In this document: piece after piece, positions 48,867 through 58,888 of the stretch
Layout of the letters: each line of letters opens with the position of its first letter
Position numbering within the stretch: the stretch's first letter is position 1
IMG/VR virus record: IMGVR_UViG_3300042922_000542
Coordinates: 124,001 to 188,000 of that record
Length of the DNA: 64,000 nt
Strand: one strand, 5' to 3'
Translations under genes and position numbers: made by a program
The notes under the pieces: model-generated
What the model saw: only the letters and a program-made list of their open reading frames with translations
Database searches by the model: none
Told to the model about the DNA's origin: nothing

Positions 48867-50711
48867 ATGCATATGGCAAATATAAATCAACCCACATTAA
48901 TACTATTTGAAGATATTAGAAGGGAGTTGGATTATACACCTCCTGCTAATAGCAATGAAGTATTTAGCGTGGGATCCGGAAATATTGTTTTACAAACATT
49001 ACGAGATAATCAAGATGATTATAGATTTGATATAAGAATACAGAATAGGTCTGTCGATACTGGCATTGGTGAATTTTATATATCAGGAGAATGTAATAAC
49101 AAGCTTAGACCATATCGTCGAATGTATATTAATTCTGCTGCAACCTTTAATGTTACCGAACGATTAAGTGTATCAAATACATCAAATGATATATCATTGA
49201 ATCCTCTTATAACGAACGATGGTACGATGGTATTCAAGAGTAATTCTATAATAAATATTGGCAATGGTGTAGAAGTTGTTAATACAAGCATAGGAATATT
49301 AAATATTGAAGATAATGTAAAAATAATTATCGGAAATAATAATGCCTCATTTAAAATATATGGAACTATTAATATTTCATATTCCAGCGTTCGAAATTTA
49401 TTAGCTAATCCTAAAATAATTATTGATAATAGTACAATCGTAAATATACTAGGATTGCCTACCGGACGATTATTTAGCTTAACGGATTACATTGCTGATT
49501 TAAGAAAGAAATATCAAAATCAAAATACAATTGGTAGTAGATATATATCTGATTCATCCAGGGTGACATATTATTGGAAAGCCGGGGACCCACTACAACC
49601 GTCAGATGTATTATCACTGGTTGTAGAAACAGGCACTTCTATATTAGGAGATTTTACAGTACCATTAGTCGGAATGCCTGAGCATATTGAACAATTTATG
49701 CAAACATTAAGTGATCTAACGATAAGTAGATTTGCAACATTATACATTGGAGATAGCTATAATGGATCGACATATATAAGTCCATTGTTATATATTACAG
49801 AGATACCAGGAAATTCAGCTAATACTGGATTCTGCAATGTTGATGGTACTATTATTGTGGATGGACAATTATCATCAATTAATGTCGATAGAGGTGCGTA
49901 TATTCGGATTAAGGAAACTGGTAAAATTATATTGACAAATGGTGGCAAAATAATAAATAGTAACAATAGCGATGAATCATCATTATATATTAATGGATCA
50001 CTTATAATAGACGATATATCTCAGCTAGAAGGATTTGATCCAAAGAATATTGAATTTGGAATAAACGGTAAATTGATAATATTAAATACAAATAATACCG
50101 ACGATAAAAAGATATTATTTTCTACTCCAAATGGTATTTTAACATCCGAATTGTATAGATTATTCAAAGATAGACTCATTCATATTGAATATCACATTCA
50201 AAATAATGATGGTATACGTATTGATGAATTTAATAATGGTTATGAGCTATCAAATTGGTATGGTGGTATGAGACTTGAAAAGGCTGTAAAGCTCGGATAT
50301 ATAATATGGCACGATGGTGCATATATAGAATTAGATAAATCTATAGTACCGTGGGTTGATGATGATTCAACATTATCCAAAGTAGGACGATTATTTAATG
50401 TATTCGGCGATACCGATCAAAAAAAACTACAGAGTGCAATTGAGCGTTTAATATATGCAGGATTTGATAATATCGTATTCAGATTTATATCTGGTAATAA
50501 TGTTAAAGATATAACATTAACACTTGAAAGCTGCTATATCAAAACTGCGTTATATAATAATAGTAATAAAAGATATAAAATATCTGCAACAAATTCAGGT
50601 TCAATGTTTATTAGAAATAACATTAACTCTGCGGATACTGACGATATCATCAATACGGCATCAAAGGTTTATAATATTAATAATCCTGAAAAAACGGAGT
50701 TTTTATTATAA
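48867..50711 (+). CDS. putative virion protein with beta-helix-like segments
   Basis: 614 aa, I/N/G-rich periodic segments; upstream of the fibre gene. Confidence 0.5.
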   Translation: MHMANINQPTLILFEDIRRELDYTPPANSNEVFSVGSGNIVLQTLRDNQDDYRFDIRIQNRSVDTGIGEFYISGECNNKLRPYRRMYINSAATFNVTERLSVSNTSNDISLNPLITNDGTMVFKSNSIINIGNGVEVVNTSIGILNIEDNVKIIIGNNNASFKIYGTINISYSSVRNLLANPKIIIDNSTIVNILGLPTGRLFSLTDYIADLRKKYQNQNTIGSRYISDSSRVTYYWKAGDPLQPSDVLSLVVETGTSILGDFTVPLVGMPEHIEQFMQTLSDLTISRFATLYIGDSYNGSTYISPLLYITEIPGNSANTGFCNVDGTIIVDGQLSSINVDRGAYIRIKETGKIILTNGGKIINSNNSDESSLYINGSLIIDDISQLEGFDPKNIEFGINGKLIILNTNNTDDKKILFSTPNGILTSELYRLFKDRLIHIEYHIQNNDGIRIDEFNNGYELSNWYGGMRLEKAVKLGYIIWHDGAYIELDKSIVPWVDDDSTLSKVGRLFNVFGDTDQKKLQSAIERLIYAGFDNIVFRFISGNNVKDITLTLESCYIKTALYNNSNKRYKISATNSGSMFIRNNINSADTDDIINTASKVYNINNPEKTEFLL

Positions 50712-50740
50712 TTACAAAATAATATGAAAGGAATGATAAT

Positions 50741-53341
50741 ATGGCTCATCAGAATATTACGATACAAACTAAATCAAAACAATCAGACCAATACGCATGG
50801 GATGATGGTATGGTTAAGACAACGGCAAGTCAGGTAATTGAAGAACCTGATAAAAAATTTATTAATGCTGCTGAAAAAATTAAGATCCATAATATACCTT
50901 CTGCAATGGATGGTATTTCATTAAATGGACAAGGTAATCTAATTCATTTATATATGACTGGAGATTCCAGTGAAACTGTAACAAAAACTATTACGTATAT
51001 TAATGAATTGCATAACACAGAACCTGCAACTGAAGATGGTACTAACATTTATATTTTATTTATAAATGGTCATTCACGACCTTCGATGATCCTAAAATTT
51101 GAAGGCGGCACATCTTATCCTGTAAAATATTTTGGTAATACTAATTCTTTACTATTTGAACGCATCGTTGCCAATACAATTATTGAATTTCAATTTCATA
51201 ATAATGCATGGAATATTATAGGTGCATTAGATGCGATATCCTTGATAAATGAGAAAGTATTATCGAATGCTCCTATAGTACCTGGCAGTGGTGCTAAAAT
51301 ATCTTATGACGCAAAGGGATTGGTAATAGGAAGCGAACAATTAGTAGAAGCAGACATCCCTATGATCCCAATCAGCAAAGTTTCAGGATTAGTACAGGTC
51401 ATCGATGAATTAAAAGATACTACAGTTATTGATAATATTATCACTCAATTAAATACGAAAATAACGGCAAATGGAAATATTGAAGCTAAAACGGCTACAA
51501 AAATATCATATGATAATAAAGGTCTGGTAACAGGAGGAAGCGATTTAATAGAATCAGATATACCCATTATACCTATATCAAAAGTTCAAAATTTACAAGA
51601 ATCATTAAATACAAAAATTAATAAGAGAACCCCGATTGATCCTGGAGTTGGTACCAAAATTGTATATAATAGTGATGGACTTGTTACCGGAAAATATGAC
51701 TTATTAGCAACAGATATACCGCTATTAGATATAAATAAGATTGTTAATCTTCAAACGATATTAGATAATAAAGTTACCGCTAATGCAAATATTATTGCTA
51801 AAACTGCTGCAAAAATATCTTATGACGCAAAAGGATTGGTAACAGGCGGTCAGGATTTAAATATAGACGATATTCCTACATTACCTACATCAAAGATAAC
51901 TGGATTGGATAATGCGTTAGCTAATGTTGCATCAGCTAGTACTGTAACTGAATTGCAGTCGCAAATGATAGATAAATTAGATAAAAATGTTGACATTATT
52001 GCTGGCACTGCCACAAAGATAACCTATGATGTTAAAGGTTTAATAACTGGCGGTAGTGCACTATCCATCATAGATATACCCGAAATACCGATATCGAAGG
52101 TAACAGGACTTATAGCTGCATTAGACGCTGCCGGTTCTGAATCATCAATTGAAGATATCCGAACTCAATTAAATAATAAATTAGATAAGAATATAGATAT
52201 CATGTCAGGAACCGGTACTAAGCTTAGTTATGACAGTAAAGGTTTAATAACGGGTAAATCCGATTTAGTAGTAACAGATATCCCTCAATTGTCTATTGAT
52301 AAAATTAGTAATCTTCAAGATATAATAGATACTAAACTGAACAGAAATAATGAAATATCATCAGGTACTGCTACTAAAATCACTTATGATGTCAATGGTT
52401 TAATAACTAACGGATCATTATTAACTGCTGCTGATATTCCGACTATTGAGATTATTCAGGTAAATCAATTGCAGGATATACTAAACCAAAAAGCACTAGA
52501 TTCGGCATTAACTGATTTAGACACAAGAGTAACTGACTCACTAAGTACAATGGACATTTCATTATCACAGAAAATGACTGGTAATGTTGCTATAACTCCG
52601 GGAACTGCTACTAAGCTTACTTATGATGAAAAAGGTTTGATTGTTGAAGGTTTATTATTAACTGCAGATGATATACCATCTTTACCTATTTTAAAAATAA
52701 ATACACTACAAGATGCATTAGATAGTAAAGCACCCATGTCACATGCAATATCAGATGATAGATATGGTATTGCAACAGCTTTTGTTTACGGTCATGTCAG
52801 GGCGGGAGATGTAATTTTAGCTCCCGGTGAACCATCTACCGGAACTGATAATGGAAGATATGCTAGAGCCGACCACGTACATCCACTTCAAGTAAATATT
52901 ACTGGTGATGCTGCAACTGTGAATGGATTTACAATAGACCAAAATCTACAAACAACCGATACCCCATCATTTAATTCTATTAATGTTGGTAGTGAAATCA
53001 ATATTGGAAGTAATGGTGGTGTATTTAGTCGCAATCTTACCGATATCCCGGTATCGATGATAAATATGGTTGGGGATAATGTACAAGTTGGATCCGGTGA
53101 CGCCGATTTAATATTGAATGGTAATGGGGTTAAATTGAAGAGTGGTCAACAAGTTGCTACGATAGATCAAATCCCTGCAGAACTTACGGGTACTGTAACT
53201 TCACATAGGCATGATTTAGATATACCGAACATGACTATTATAAATGCGACAATAGCTAATACAACACTTAAATTACAATTATCAATGACTGAACCAAGTG
53301 GTGTAATCGCTGCAAATACATTATATGGTGTATATGCTTAG
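50741..53341 (+). CDS. tail fibre protein with eight ~34-aa repeats
   Basis: 8 x (A/G)TKI.YD.KGL.TGG.DL...DIP.LPISKI..L, plus the fibre motif ARADHVHP. Confidence 0.8.
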   Translation: MAHQNITIQTKSKQSDQYAWDDGMVKTTASQVIEEPDKKFINAAEKIKIHNIPSAMDGISLNGQGNLIHLYMTGDSSETVTKTITYINELHNTEPATEDGTNIYILFINGHSRPSMILKFEGGTSYPVKYFGNTNSLLFERIVANTIIEFQFHNNAWNIIGALDAISLINEKVLSNAPIVPGSGAKISYDAKGLVIGSEQLVEADIPMIPISKVSGLVQVIDELKDTTVIDNIITQLNTKITANGNIEAKTATKISYDNKGLVTGGSDLIESDIPIIPISKVQNLQESLNTKINKRTPIDPGVGTKIVYNSDGLVTGKYDLLATDIPLLDINKIVNLQTILDNKVTANANIIAKTAAKISYDAKGLVTGGQDLNIDDIPTLPTSKITGLDNALANVASASTVTELQSQMIDKLDKNVDIIAGTATKITYDVKGLITGGSALSIIDIPEIPISKVTGLIAALDAAGSESSIEDIRTQLNNKLDKNIDIMSGTGTKLSYDSKGLITGKSDLVVTDIPQLSIDKISNLQDIIDTKLNRNNEISSGTATKITYDVNGLITNGSLLTAADIPTIEIIQVNQLQDILNQKALDSALTDLDTRVTDSLSTMDISLSQKMTGNVAITPGTATKLTYDEKGLIVEGLLLTADDIPSLPILKINTLQDALDSKAPMSHAISDDRYGIATAFVYGHVRAGDVILAPGEPSTGTDNGRYARADHVHPLQVNITGDAATVNGFTIDQNLQTTDTPSFNSINVGSEINIGSNGGVFSRNLTDIPVSMINMVGDNVQVGSGDADLILNGNGVKLKSGQQVATIDQIPAELTGTVTSHRHDLDIPNMTIINATIANTTLKLQLSMTEPSGVIAANTLYGVYA

Positions 53342-53358
53342 GGGAAGGTGGTAACGAT

Positions 53359-54390
53359 ATGTCAATATATAGTTCAGTAGGTGGCGTTAATAAAGAAATT
53401 ATAAAACTATATGGTCTTTCGGGTGGGGTTAACCGAGAAATTAAAAACTTATTCGGTGTAGATGGCGGTGCTAATAGAGAAATATTTGGCTCAATTTTAC
53501 CAGGTACTATATGGACTGAGCGTAGTGTGGTATTTGGAACTTTCATATATTGTTATTATGCTAACGGATTATGGGTAGCTTGTAGCGATATGGGTTTACA
53601 TTATTCAATCGATGGTATCGAATGGTATATGAGTAATATAATAACTGGAATTTTTAATAATTGCAATTATGGTAATAATACATGGGTAGCTTGTGGTATT
53701 AATAATGGTCTATATTATTCAACTGATGGTACAGAATGGACTCAGAGTAATATAACAATTGGAAGTTTTAAATATTGTTATTATAGTAATAATACATGGA
53801 TTGCTTGTAGTGATAATAGTGGGTTACGTTATTCAACTGATGGTATAACATGGACTCTGAGTACAGGTGGAAATTTTTATCATTGTTATTATGGTAATAA
53901 TAAATGGGTAGCTGCTGGAGCTAGTGGGTTACGTTATTCAACTGATGGTATAACATGGACTATGAGTAATATTGAATCAACTGTATTTTATCATTGTTAT
54001 TATGGTAATAATATATGGGTAACTTGTAATAATAGTAATTATGGTTTATGGTATTCAACTGATGGTATAACATGGTCTCAAAGTAATATAACGACTGGAA
54101 TTTTTAATAATTGCAATTATGGTAATAATACATGGGTAGCTTGTGGTAATAGTGGTCTATATTATTCAACTGATGGTATAACATGGAATCTGAGTACAGG
54201 TGGAAATTTTAAATATTGTTATTATGCTAACAGATTATGGGTTGCATGTAGTGCTAATGGTTTATGGTATTCAACTGATGGTATAACATGGTCTCAAAGT
54301 AATATAACGACTGGAATTTTTAATAATTGCAATTATGGTAATAATACATGGGTAGCTTGTGGTAATAACAATTTATATTATTCAAAATAA
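53359..54390 (+). CDS. 8-bladed beta-propeller (BNR-like repeat) putative receptor-binding protein
   Basis: 8 x C.Y.N..WVAC...GL.YSTDG..W; N-terminal GGVN.EI repeats. Confidence 0.75.
   Translation: MSIYSSVGGVNKEIIKLYGLSGGVNREIKNLFGVDGGANREIFGSILPGTIWTERSVVFGTFIYCYYANGLWVACSDMGLHYSIDGIEWYMSNIITGIFNNCNYGNNTWVACGINNGLYYSTDGTEWTQSNITIGSFKYCYYSNNTWIACSDNSGLRYSTDGITWTLSTGGNFYHCYYGNNKWVAAGASGLRYSTDGITWTMSNIESTVFYHCYYGNNIWVTCNNSNYGLWYSTDGITWSQSNITTGIFNNCNYGNNTWVACGNSGLYYSTDGITWNLSTGGNFKYCYYANRLWVACSANGLWYSTDGITWSQSNITTGIFNNCNYGNNTWVACGNNNLYYSK
54041..54367 (+). repeat. two identical 111-bp direct repeats (54041-54151 and 54257-54367); 55-bp third copy at 53644-53698
   Basis: Base-by-base comparison. 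Confidence 0.85.
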
Positions 54391-54410
54391 AAATAAAGGA
54401 GAATTAAATT

Positions 54411-55394
54411 ATGGCTATGGAAAGAACACCCCATTGGGGTAATGATTATTATGATGCATTAGTTAAATCGGGGATGCAATTAGATCCGCAGAATATGGAA
54501 GATCAGGTAACATGGGCTGAATTGTATGCATTTACATGTAAATTGAAAGGTATTCAAGTAACGCCGAGTGGAATAGTTACTCCAGTTCCTCCGACGCCTG
54601 TGATTCAGACAAATAGTATATTTGAAACGAAATCGAATAAAGGTATCATATACGAATTTAAAAATAAATCTAATATAAAATCAACATATGGTACAGATCC
54701 TAACAATGAATCGGTTCGTTTCATAAAGATTCATCCTGATAATTTTGCTATATGGGAAGCAGAATCTGCTAATAATCCGGAAAATATATTACACAAGAAA
54801 GCATTCAATATTGAACAAGTTAATGGTTATGGTATGAATGCTATATTCTTTGGAACCGGATCTGCTATAATCAATGGTAAAAAAACAACAATATGGGCAC
54901 ACGATGGTATATTTGGTGTAGAAAATAAAGTACTATGTGATCATGCATGTCATGCAAAACCATGGAATGATCCAAAGACATGGTATCCGCAAAGTTGCAT
55001 AATCTACTATAAGGATGGAACTTTTGGAATAGAAGTAGTTAAAAATATAAAAGAAATAACAAAACCATATTTCTGGGTATTATCAGGTATTGGTTTGACA
55101 AACTGGAACCCTGCTAGAGAAGGATTTATTGGTGCTATGACTGGACCACTTAGATTTACAGACCATACGTCTATAGGTATTACTGAAGATAATTATATAA
55201 TACTAGCTAGAAGTTATCAATGTAATAGAATTGATACAATACAACATATGAAAAAACTAGGATGTAAGATGGCAGTAGGTTTGGATGGCGGAGGTAGTAC
55301 ACAATATAGAGTTCCTGGAGCACAGAGACCTTCATCCTCATCAAGCATGAGATTAGTTCCATCGATGGTATTTGCAAGAGACTTAATGATATAA
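54411..55394 (+). CDS. phosphodiester glycosidase family (NAGPA/DUF2233-like) protein
   Basis: MNAIFF, R..HTSIGITED, MKKLGCKMAVGLDGGGST. Confidence 0.8.
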   Translation: MAMERTPHWGNDYYDALVKSGMQLDPQNMEDQVTWAELYAFTCKLKGIQVTPSGIVTPVPPTPVIQTNSIFETKSNKGIIYEFKNKSNIKSTYGTDPNNESVRFIKIHPDNFAIWEAESANNPENILHKKAFNIEQVNGYGMNAIFFGTGSAIINGKKTTIWAHDGIFGVENKVLCDHACHAKPWNDPKTWYPQSCIIYYKDGTFGIEVVKNIKEITKPYFWVLSGIGLTNWNPAREGFIGAMTGPLRFTDHTSIGITEDNYIILARSYQCNRIDTIQHMKKLGCKMAVGLDGGGSTQYRVPGAQRPSSSSSMRLVPSMVFARDLMI

Positions 55395-55399
55395 ACATA

Positions 55400-55432
55400 A
55401 ATAAGGTGCGGGAATTACTCCCGCACCTTATT
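55400..55432. terminator. bidirectional terminator
   Basis: AATAAGGTGCGGGA-attac-TCCCGCACCTTATT between convergent virion operons. Confidence 0.85.
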
Positions 55433-55443
55433 ATATTATTTTG

Positions 55444-55839
55444 TTACCCTTCAACCGGTGGTGTCAGTGCTTCAACAGCTGCTTCCAGTGCAGCTATCCT
55501 AGTTTCATAATCAATAATAGCTGCTTTATCTTCTTTACTCATAGCACCATCTGCAAGTTCAGTTGCCAGTGTCAATGTTAATACACCATCAACGCCTATA
55601 GATAGTCCACCACCAGTAATTTTAACACCGCCTAAAACAGTATCTGTTGCAACAGGCATTTCATATAATACTGCTTCATTACTCAATCCGGCCAATTTCG
55701 TCTTTTCAGCTGTAGAAAAATCATTTGTTGATAAGACCTTACCTTCAACTTTATCTACCTTTTTTTCTAAAAATTTTAAAGTTAAAGATGTAGCTAAAGC
55801 ATTATTCGTTTTGGACATATTTTTATCTCCTTCTATCAA
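55444..55839 (-). CDS. small fibre/decoration-type virion protein
   Basis: KVDKVEGKVLSTNDFSTAEKTKLAGL, LPVAT..LGGVK-like and ADGAMSKEDK fibre motifs. Confidence 0.7.
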   Translation of the reverse strand: MIEGDKNMSKTNNALATSLTLKFLEKKVDKVEGKVLSTNDFSTAEKTKLAGLSNEAVLYEMPVATDTVLGGVKITGGGLSIGVDGVLTLTLATELADGAMSKEDKAAIIDYETRIAALEAAVEALTPPVEG

Positions 55840-55901
55840 ATATTTAGTATAATAATTATATTTTTAATTATACTATTATAAAATGGTAGGATTTTTCAAC
55901 A

Positions 55902-57119
55902 CTATGACAATTGTAATATTTTTCTCATAATATAAATTATGATAGGAGTATATAGAAATACATCTAATGTTTTACTACTCGATATCAATGAATCTGCAGT
56001 ATATAATGATATATCTTGAACTGACGTTATGCTACCTTGAATAAATTTCTTAATTAACATTTCATATTCGTTATCTTTTACTAAATGTTCATCTTTAAAA
56101 AAATCAACCTGCTCTTGAGTAAAAAATGTGGCACCAATTTGATCTTGACAATCTTGCATTGGTGGTATCAAGATGCGTACATCATCTTCACTCCACATGA
56201 TAAATGATGATTCCGGATAATAGTCAGCATCTACCAATTTAAATCGAAATTGTTCAATAAATCTTAAAGGAGCATCGATGTCAATCCAATGATATACACT
56301 TCTATTATATCGTGATGGTAATAATAAGTCATTTAGTTTCTGTTGTAATAAAATAACATTTGTAGAATTTTCATAATTCATAATAGAATGTTTTGCAATA
56401 AATTCGTTACCGCATAAATCAAACCACCTAGTCGATGTCTCAGTATCCCGATATAAAAAACAATTATGTTTTTCATTATAAAATAATGCACGGTATGATG
56501 TAATCATATCATTTATCATTTTTTCAATTTGAGATTTCCTAACGAAATCATCATATCTGATGATAGGATTTTTATCAGTGCCAATTGCTGTCATATCACA
56601 TTTATAATGATTTACTGTTTGTGCCTTTAGATTTTCCGATGTTTCACTTGATGTACTTAGTAATCTATATCTAATTTTATAAAATCCTTCAACCCTCATT
56701 GAATCATATGTTACTTCAGTAACTTGGAAGAATGCTTTCATCTTAAGGTGATTTATTGTGAAAATATCATACTGTTTTGGCACTATCATTGATGGTAAAA
56801 TTATGCAATCACCTTCAACAACAATGTCTTCGACCTGCTGCTCGTCCGTGTTATTAGGATTGGCACTATCAAAACCATAGAGTGGTAAATTATCAATTTG
56901 ATTATATCTTATGGGAGATTGTTTTCCAAATATTTGCTCAATATCTTTTAATCCTCTATCAACAGTTGTTGCATCCTCATTGATATTGTAATATGTTGTA
57001 AGTATTGCGCCACTTTCAATATATTTATTAGTAGCACTTTTTAAACGTTGTTCATATTTAAAAATATTATTCGTTAATAGTGATTCTTCATTAAATTGTA
57101 ATCCGTTTATAATAATCAA
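55902..57119 (-). CDS. putative virion structural protein
   Basis: 405 aa in a late operon; SPIRYN.I.NLPLYG motif. Confidence 0.55.
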   Translation of the reverse strand: MIIINGLQFNEESLLTNNIFKYEQRLKSATNKYIESGAILTTYYNINEDATTVDRGLKDIEQIFGKQSPIRYNQIDNLPLYGFDSANPNNTDEQQVEDIVVEGDCIILPSMIVPKQYDIFTINHLKMKAFFQVTEVTYDSMRVEGFYKIRYRLLSTSSETSENLKAQTVNHYKCDMTAIGTDKNPIIRYDDFVRKSQIEKMINDMITSYRALFYNEKHNCFLYRDTETSTRWFDLCGNEFIAKHSIMNYENSTNVILLQQKLNDLLLPSRYNRSVYHWIDIDAPLRFIEQFRFKLVDADYYPESSFIMWSEDDVRILIPPMQDCQDQIGATFFTQEQVDFFKDEHLVKDNEYEMLIKKFIQGSITSVQDISLYTADSLISSSKTLDVFLYTPIIIYIMRKILQLS

Positions 57120-57134
57120 CTCCTCATTTATATT

Positions 57135-58220
57135 TTATTTAGAATAACGCATGCCATTAGTACTAAAACCACATATTACCCACATTCCATTATCGTACTG
57201 ACACGATACAAAAGAACCTCCCGTAGTATTACCTCGTAACCAGGTAATACCATCTGTAGAATAATACATACCAGTATTACTATTACTGCATGCTACCCAT
57301 ATACCATTTGCATAATTGCAATTATTAAAACTTCCTGAAGATATACTACTTTGAACCCAAGACATTCCATCTATAGAGTAATATAAACCCTTAGAACTGG
57401 TGCCGCTAGTTATCACCCATATACCGTTGTCATAGTGGCAATCATTGAAATATGATCCTGTCATATTGCTTTGTATCCAGAACATACCATCGGTGGAGTA
57501 AAGAATGCCAGGACAACTAGAACTAGCTCCAGCAGCTACCCAAAGATCATTCGCATAATAACAATCATTACAAAAACCAGCAGTTTTATTACTGCGAGTC
57601 CATGTCATACCATCTGTTGAATACCATAATCCACCAGCGGAGTTACCGACCCATATATTATTCGCATAATAACATTTATAAAAATTAAGATTCGTCACAT
57701 TACTTTGAGTCCATGTAACACCATCTATCGAGTAATATAATCCTTTAGTACTAAAACTACATGCAATCCAAATACCATTTGCGTAATAACAATAAGAAAA
57801 ATTACCAGTTGTTACATCACTTTGAGACCAAGACATTCCATCTATAGAGTAATGTAAACCTGTACCATTATAACTACATGCTACCCAAATACCATTTGCG
57901 TAATAGCAAGATCTGAATTCACCGCTTGTTCTATTACTTTGAGTCCAGTTCATACCATCTATGGAATAATATAAACCCTTAGCAGTAGTACCACTACAAG
58001 CAACCCATATACCATTTCCGTAGTAACATGATCTGAAAGAACCTGTTGTTATATTACTTTGTTTCCAATTTATACCAGGTAAAATGTTACCATATACTTT
58101 TCGATTTATACCATCGTTAACTGTATATATTTCAATAACATTTCTATTTATACCCTCATCCACTATATTATGACCTATAAATTTTTGGTTAACACCTTCC
58201 ACTGATTTATATATCGACAT
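57135..58220 (-). CDS. second 8-bladed beta-propeller putative receptor-binding protein
   Basis: 8 x C.Y.NG.WVAC..GLYYS.DG..W; same N-terminal pattern and terminal YSK as 53359-54390. Confidence 0.75.
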   Translation of the reverse strand: MSIYKSVEGVNQKFIGHNIVDEGINRNVIEIYTVNDGINRKVYGNILPGINWKQSNITTGSFRSCYYGNGIWVACSGTTAKGLYYSIDGMNWTQSNRTSGEFRSCYYANGIWVACSYNGTGLHYSIDGMSWSQSDVTTGNFSYCYYANGIWIACSFSTKGLYYSIDGVTWTQSNVTNLNFYKCYYANNIWVGNSAGGLWYSTDGMTWTRSNKTAGFCNDCYYANDLWVAAGASSSCPGILYSTDGMFWIQSNMTGSYFNDCHYDNGIWVITSGTSSKGLYYSIDGMSWVQSSISSGSFNNCNYANGIWVACSNSNTGMYYSTDGITWLRGNTTGGSFVSCQYDNGMWVICGFSTNGMRYSK

Positions 58221-58247
58221 ATTTTACTCTCCTTACGTGTTATAACT

Positions 58248-58259
58248 TATAAACAGGTT
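58248..58259 (-). promoter_or_regulatory. late-type promoter AACCTGTTTATA
   Basis: Identical to 31338-31349; follows the terminator at 58287-58316. Confidence 0.6.
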
Positions 58260-58286
58260 TATTAATCATAAAAATGAATAAAAAAA

Positions 58287-58316
58287 ATAAGTTGCCTGAA
58301 TGACCAGGCAACTTAT
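58287..58316 (-). terminator. intrinsic terminator
   Basis: ATAAGTTGCCTG-aatgac-CAGGCAACTTAT with a T7 tract on the minus strand. Confidence 0.85.
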
Positions 58317-58321
58317 ATGTG

Positions 58322-58837
58322 TTAATTGAGAAATTCTCTTAAAATTAATGATTCAAAGAACATTTTAAGTCTTGAGTCATCAATAATATTATTCTTACTT
58401 GAAAATACAATTTTTAAGAAACCTGGAAAATTTTGTGTACGCATTTCATCATTGAATTTATACCAATTATTTGATATGAATTTAACAAAGTCTTCTGAAC
58501 TACCACGTCTCTCCAATCTCTCGATCCAATCATTCTTTAATGTTCGATCTGGATATATTAATATTGTTTTGATATTATTTTCAGCAAGCGCCCCTCTAAC
58601 AATATCATGACTGCTAACAAATATTACATCAACTTCACCAATATTTGATTTAATATGTTCTATGTAGTTATTTGGAAACTCTGGATTCCTTTCTTTGGTA
58701 TTATTGCCATCTTTATCTTTAATCCAACTAAACTCGCTGCTGTCACTATCAATCATCTTAAAGAGATCTCCATATTTTTTACAACAATAACTTTTTCCTA
58801 CTCCAGGAAATCCAGATATTACAAATGTTCTACGCAT
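58322..58837 (-). CDS. P-loop nucleotide kinase-like protein
   Basis: ISGFPGVGKS Walker A, IDSDSS, IFVSSH, RGS lid motif. Confidence 0.75.
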   Translation of the reverse strand: MRRTFVISGFPGVGKSYCCKKYGDLFKMIDSDSSEFSWIKDKDGNNTKERNPEFPNNYIEHIKSNIGEVDVIFVSSHDIVRGALAENNIKTILIYPDRTLKNDWIERLERRGSSEDFVKFISNNWYKFNDEMRTQNFPGFLKIVFSSKNNIIDDSRLKMFFESLILREFLN

Positions 58838-58888
58838 GATTTATTATCCCCCACTAAATTTATTATTTTATGTAATTTATTTTATTGA

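Noticed and set aside
53359-54390. Diversity-generating retroelement TR/VR pair
   Set aside because: Repeats are either identical or differ at all base types rather than only adenines, and there is no reverse transcriptase in the window
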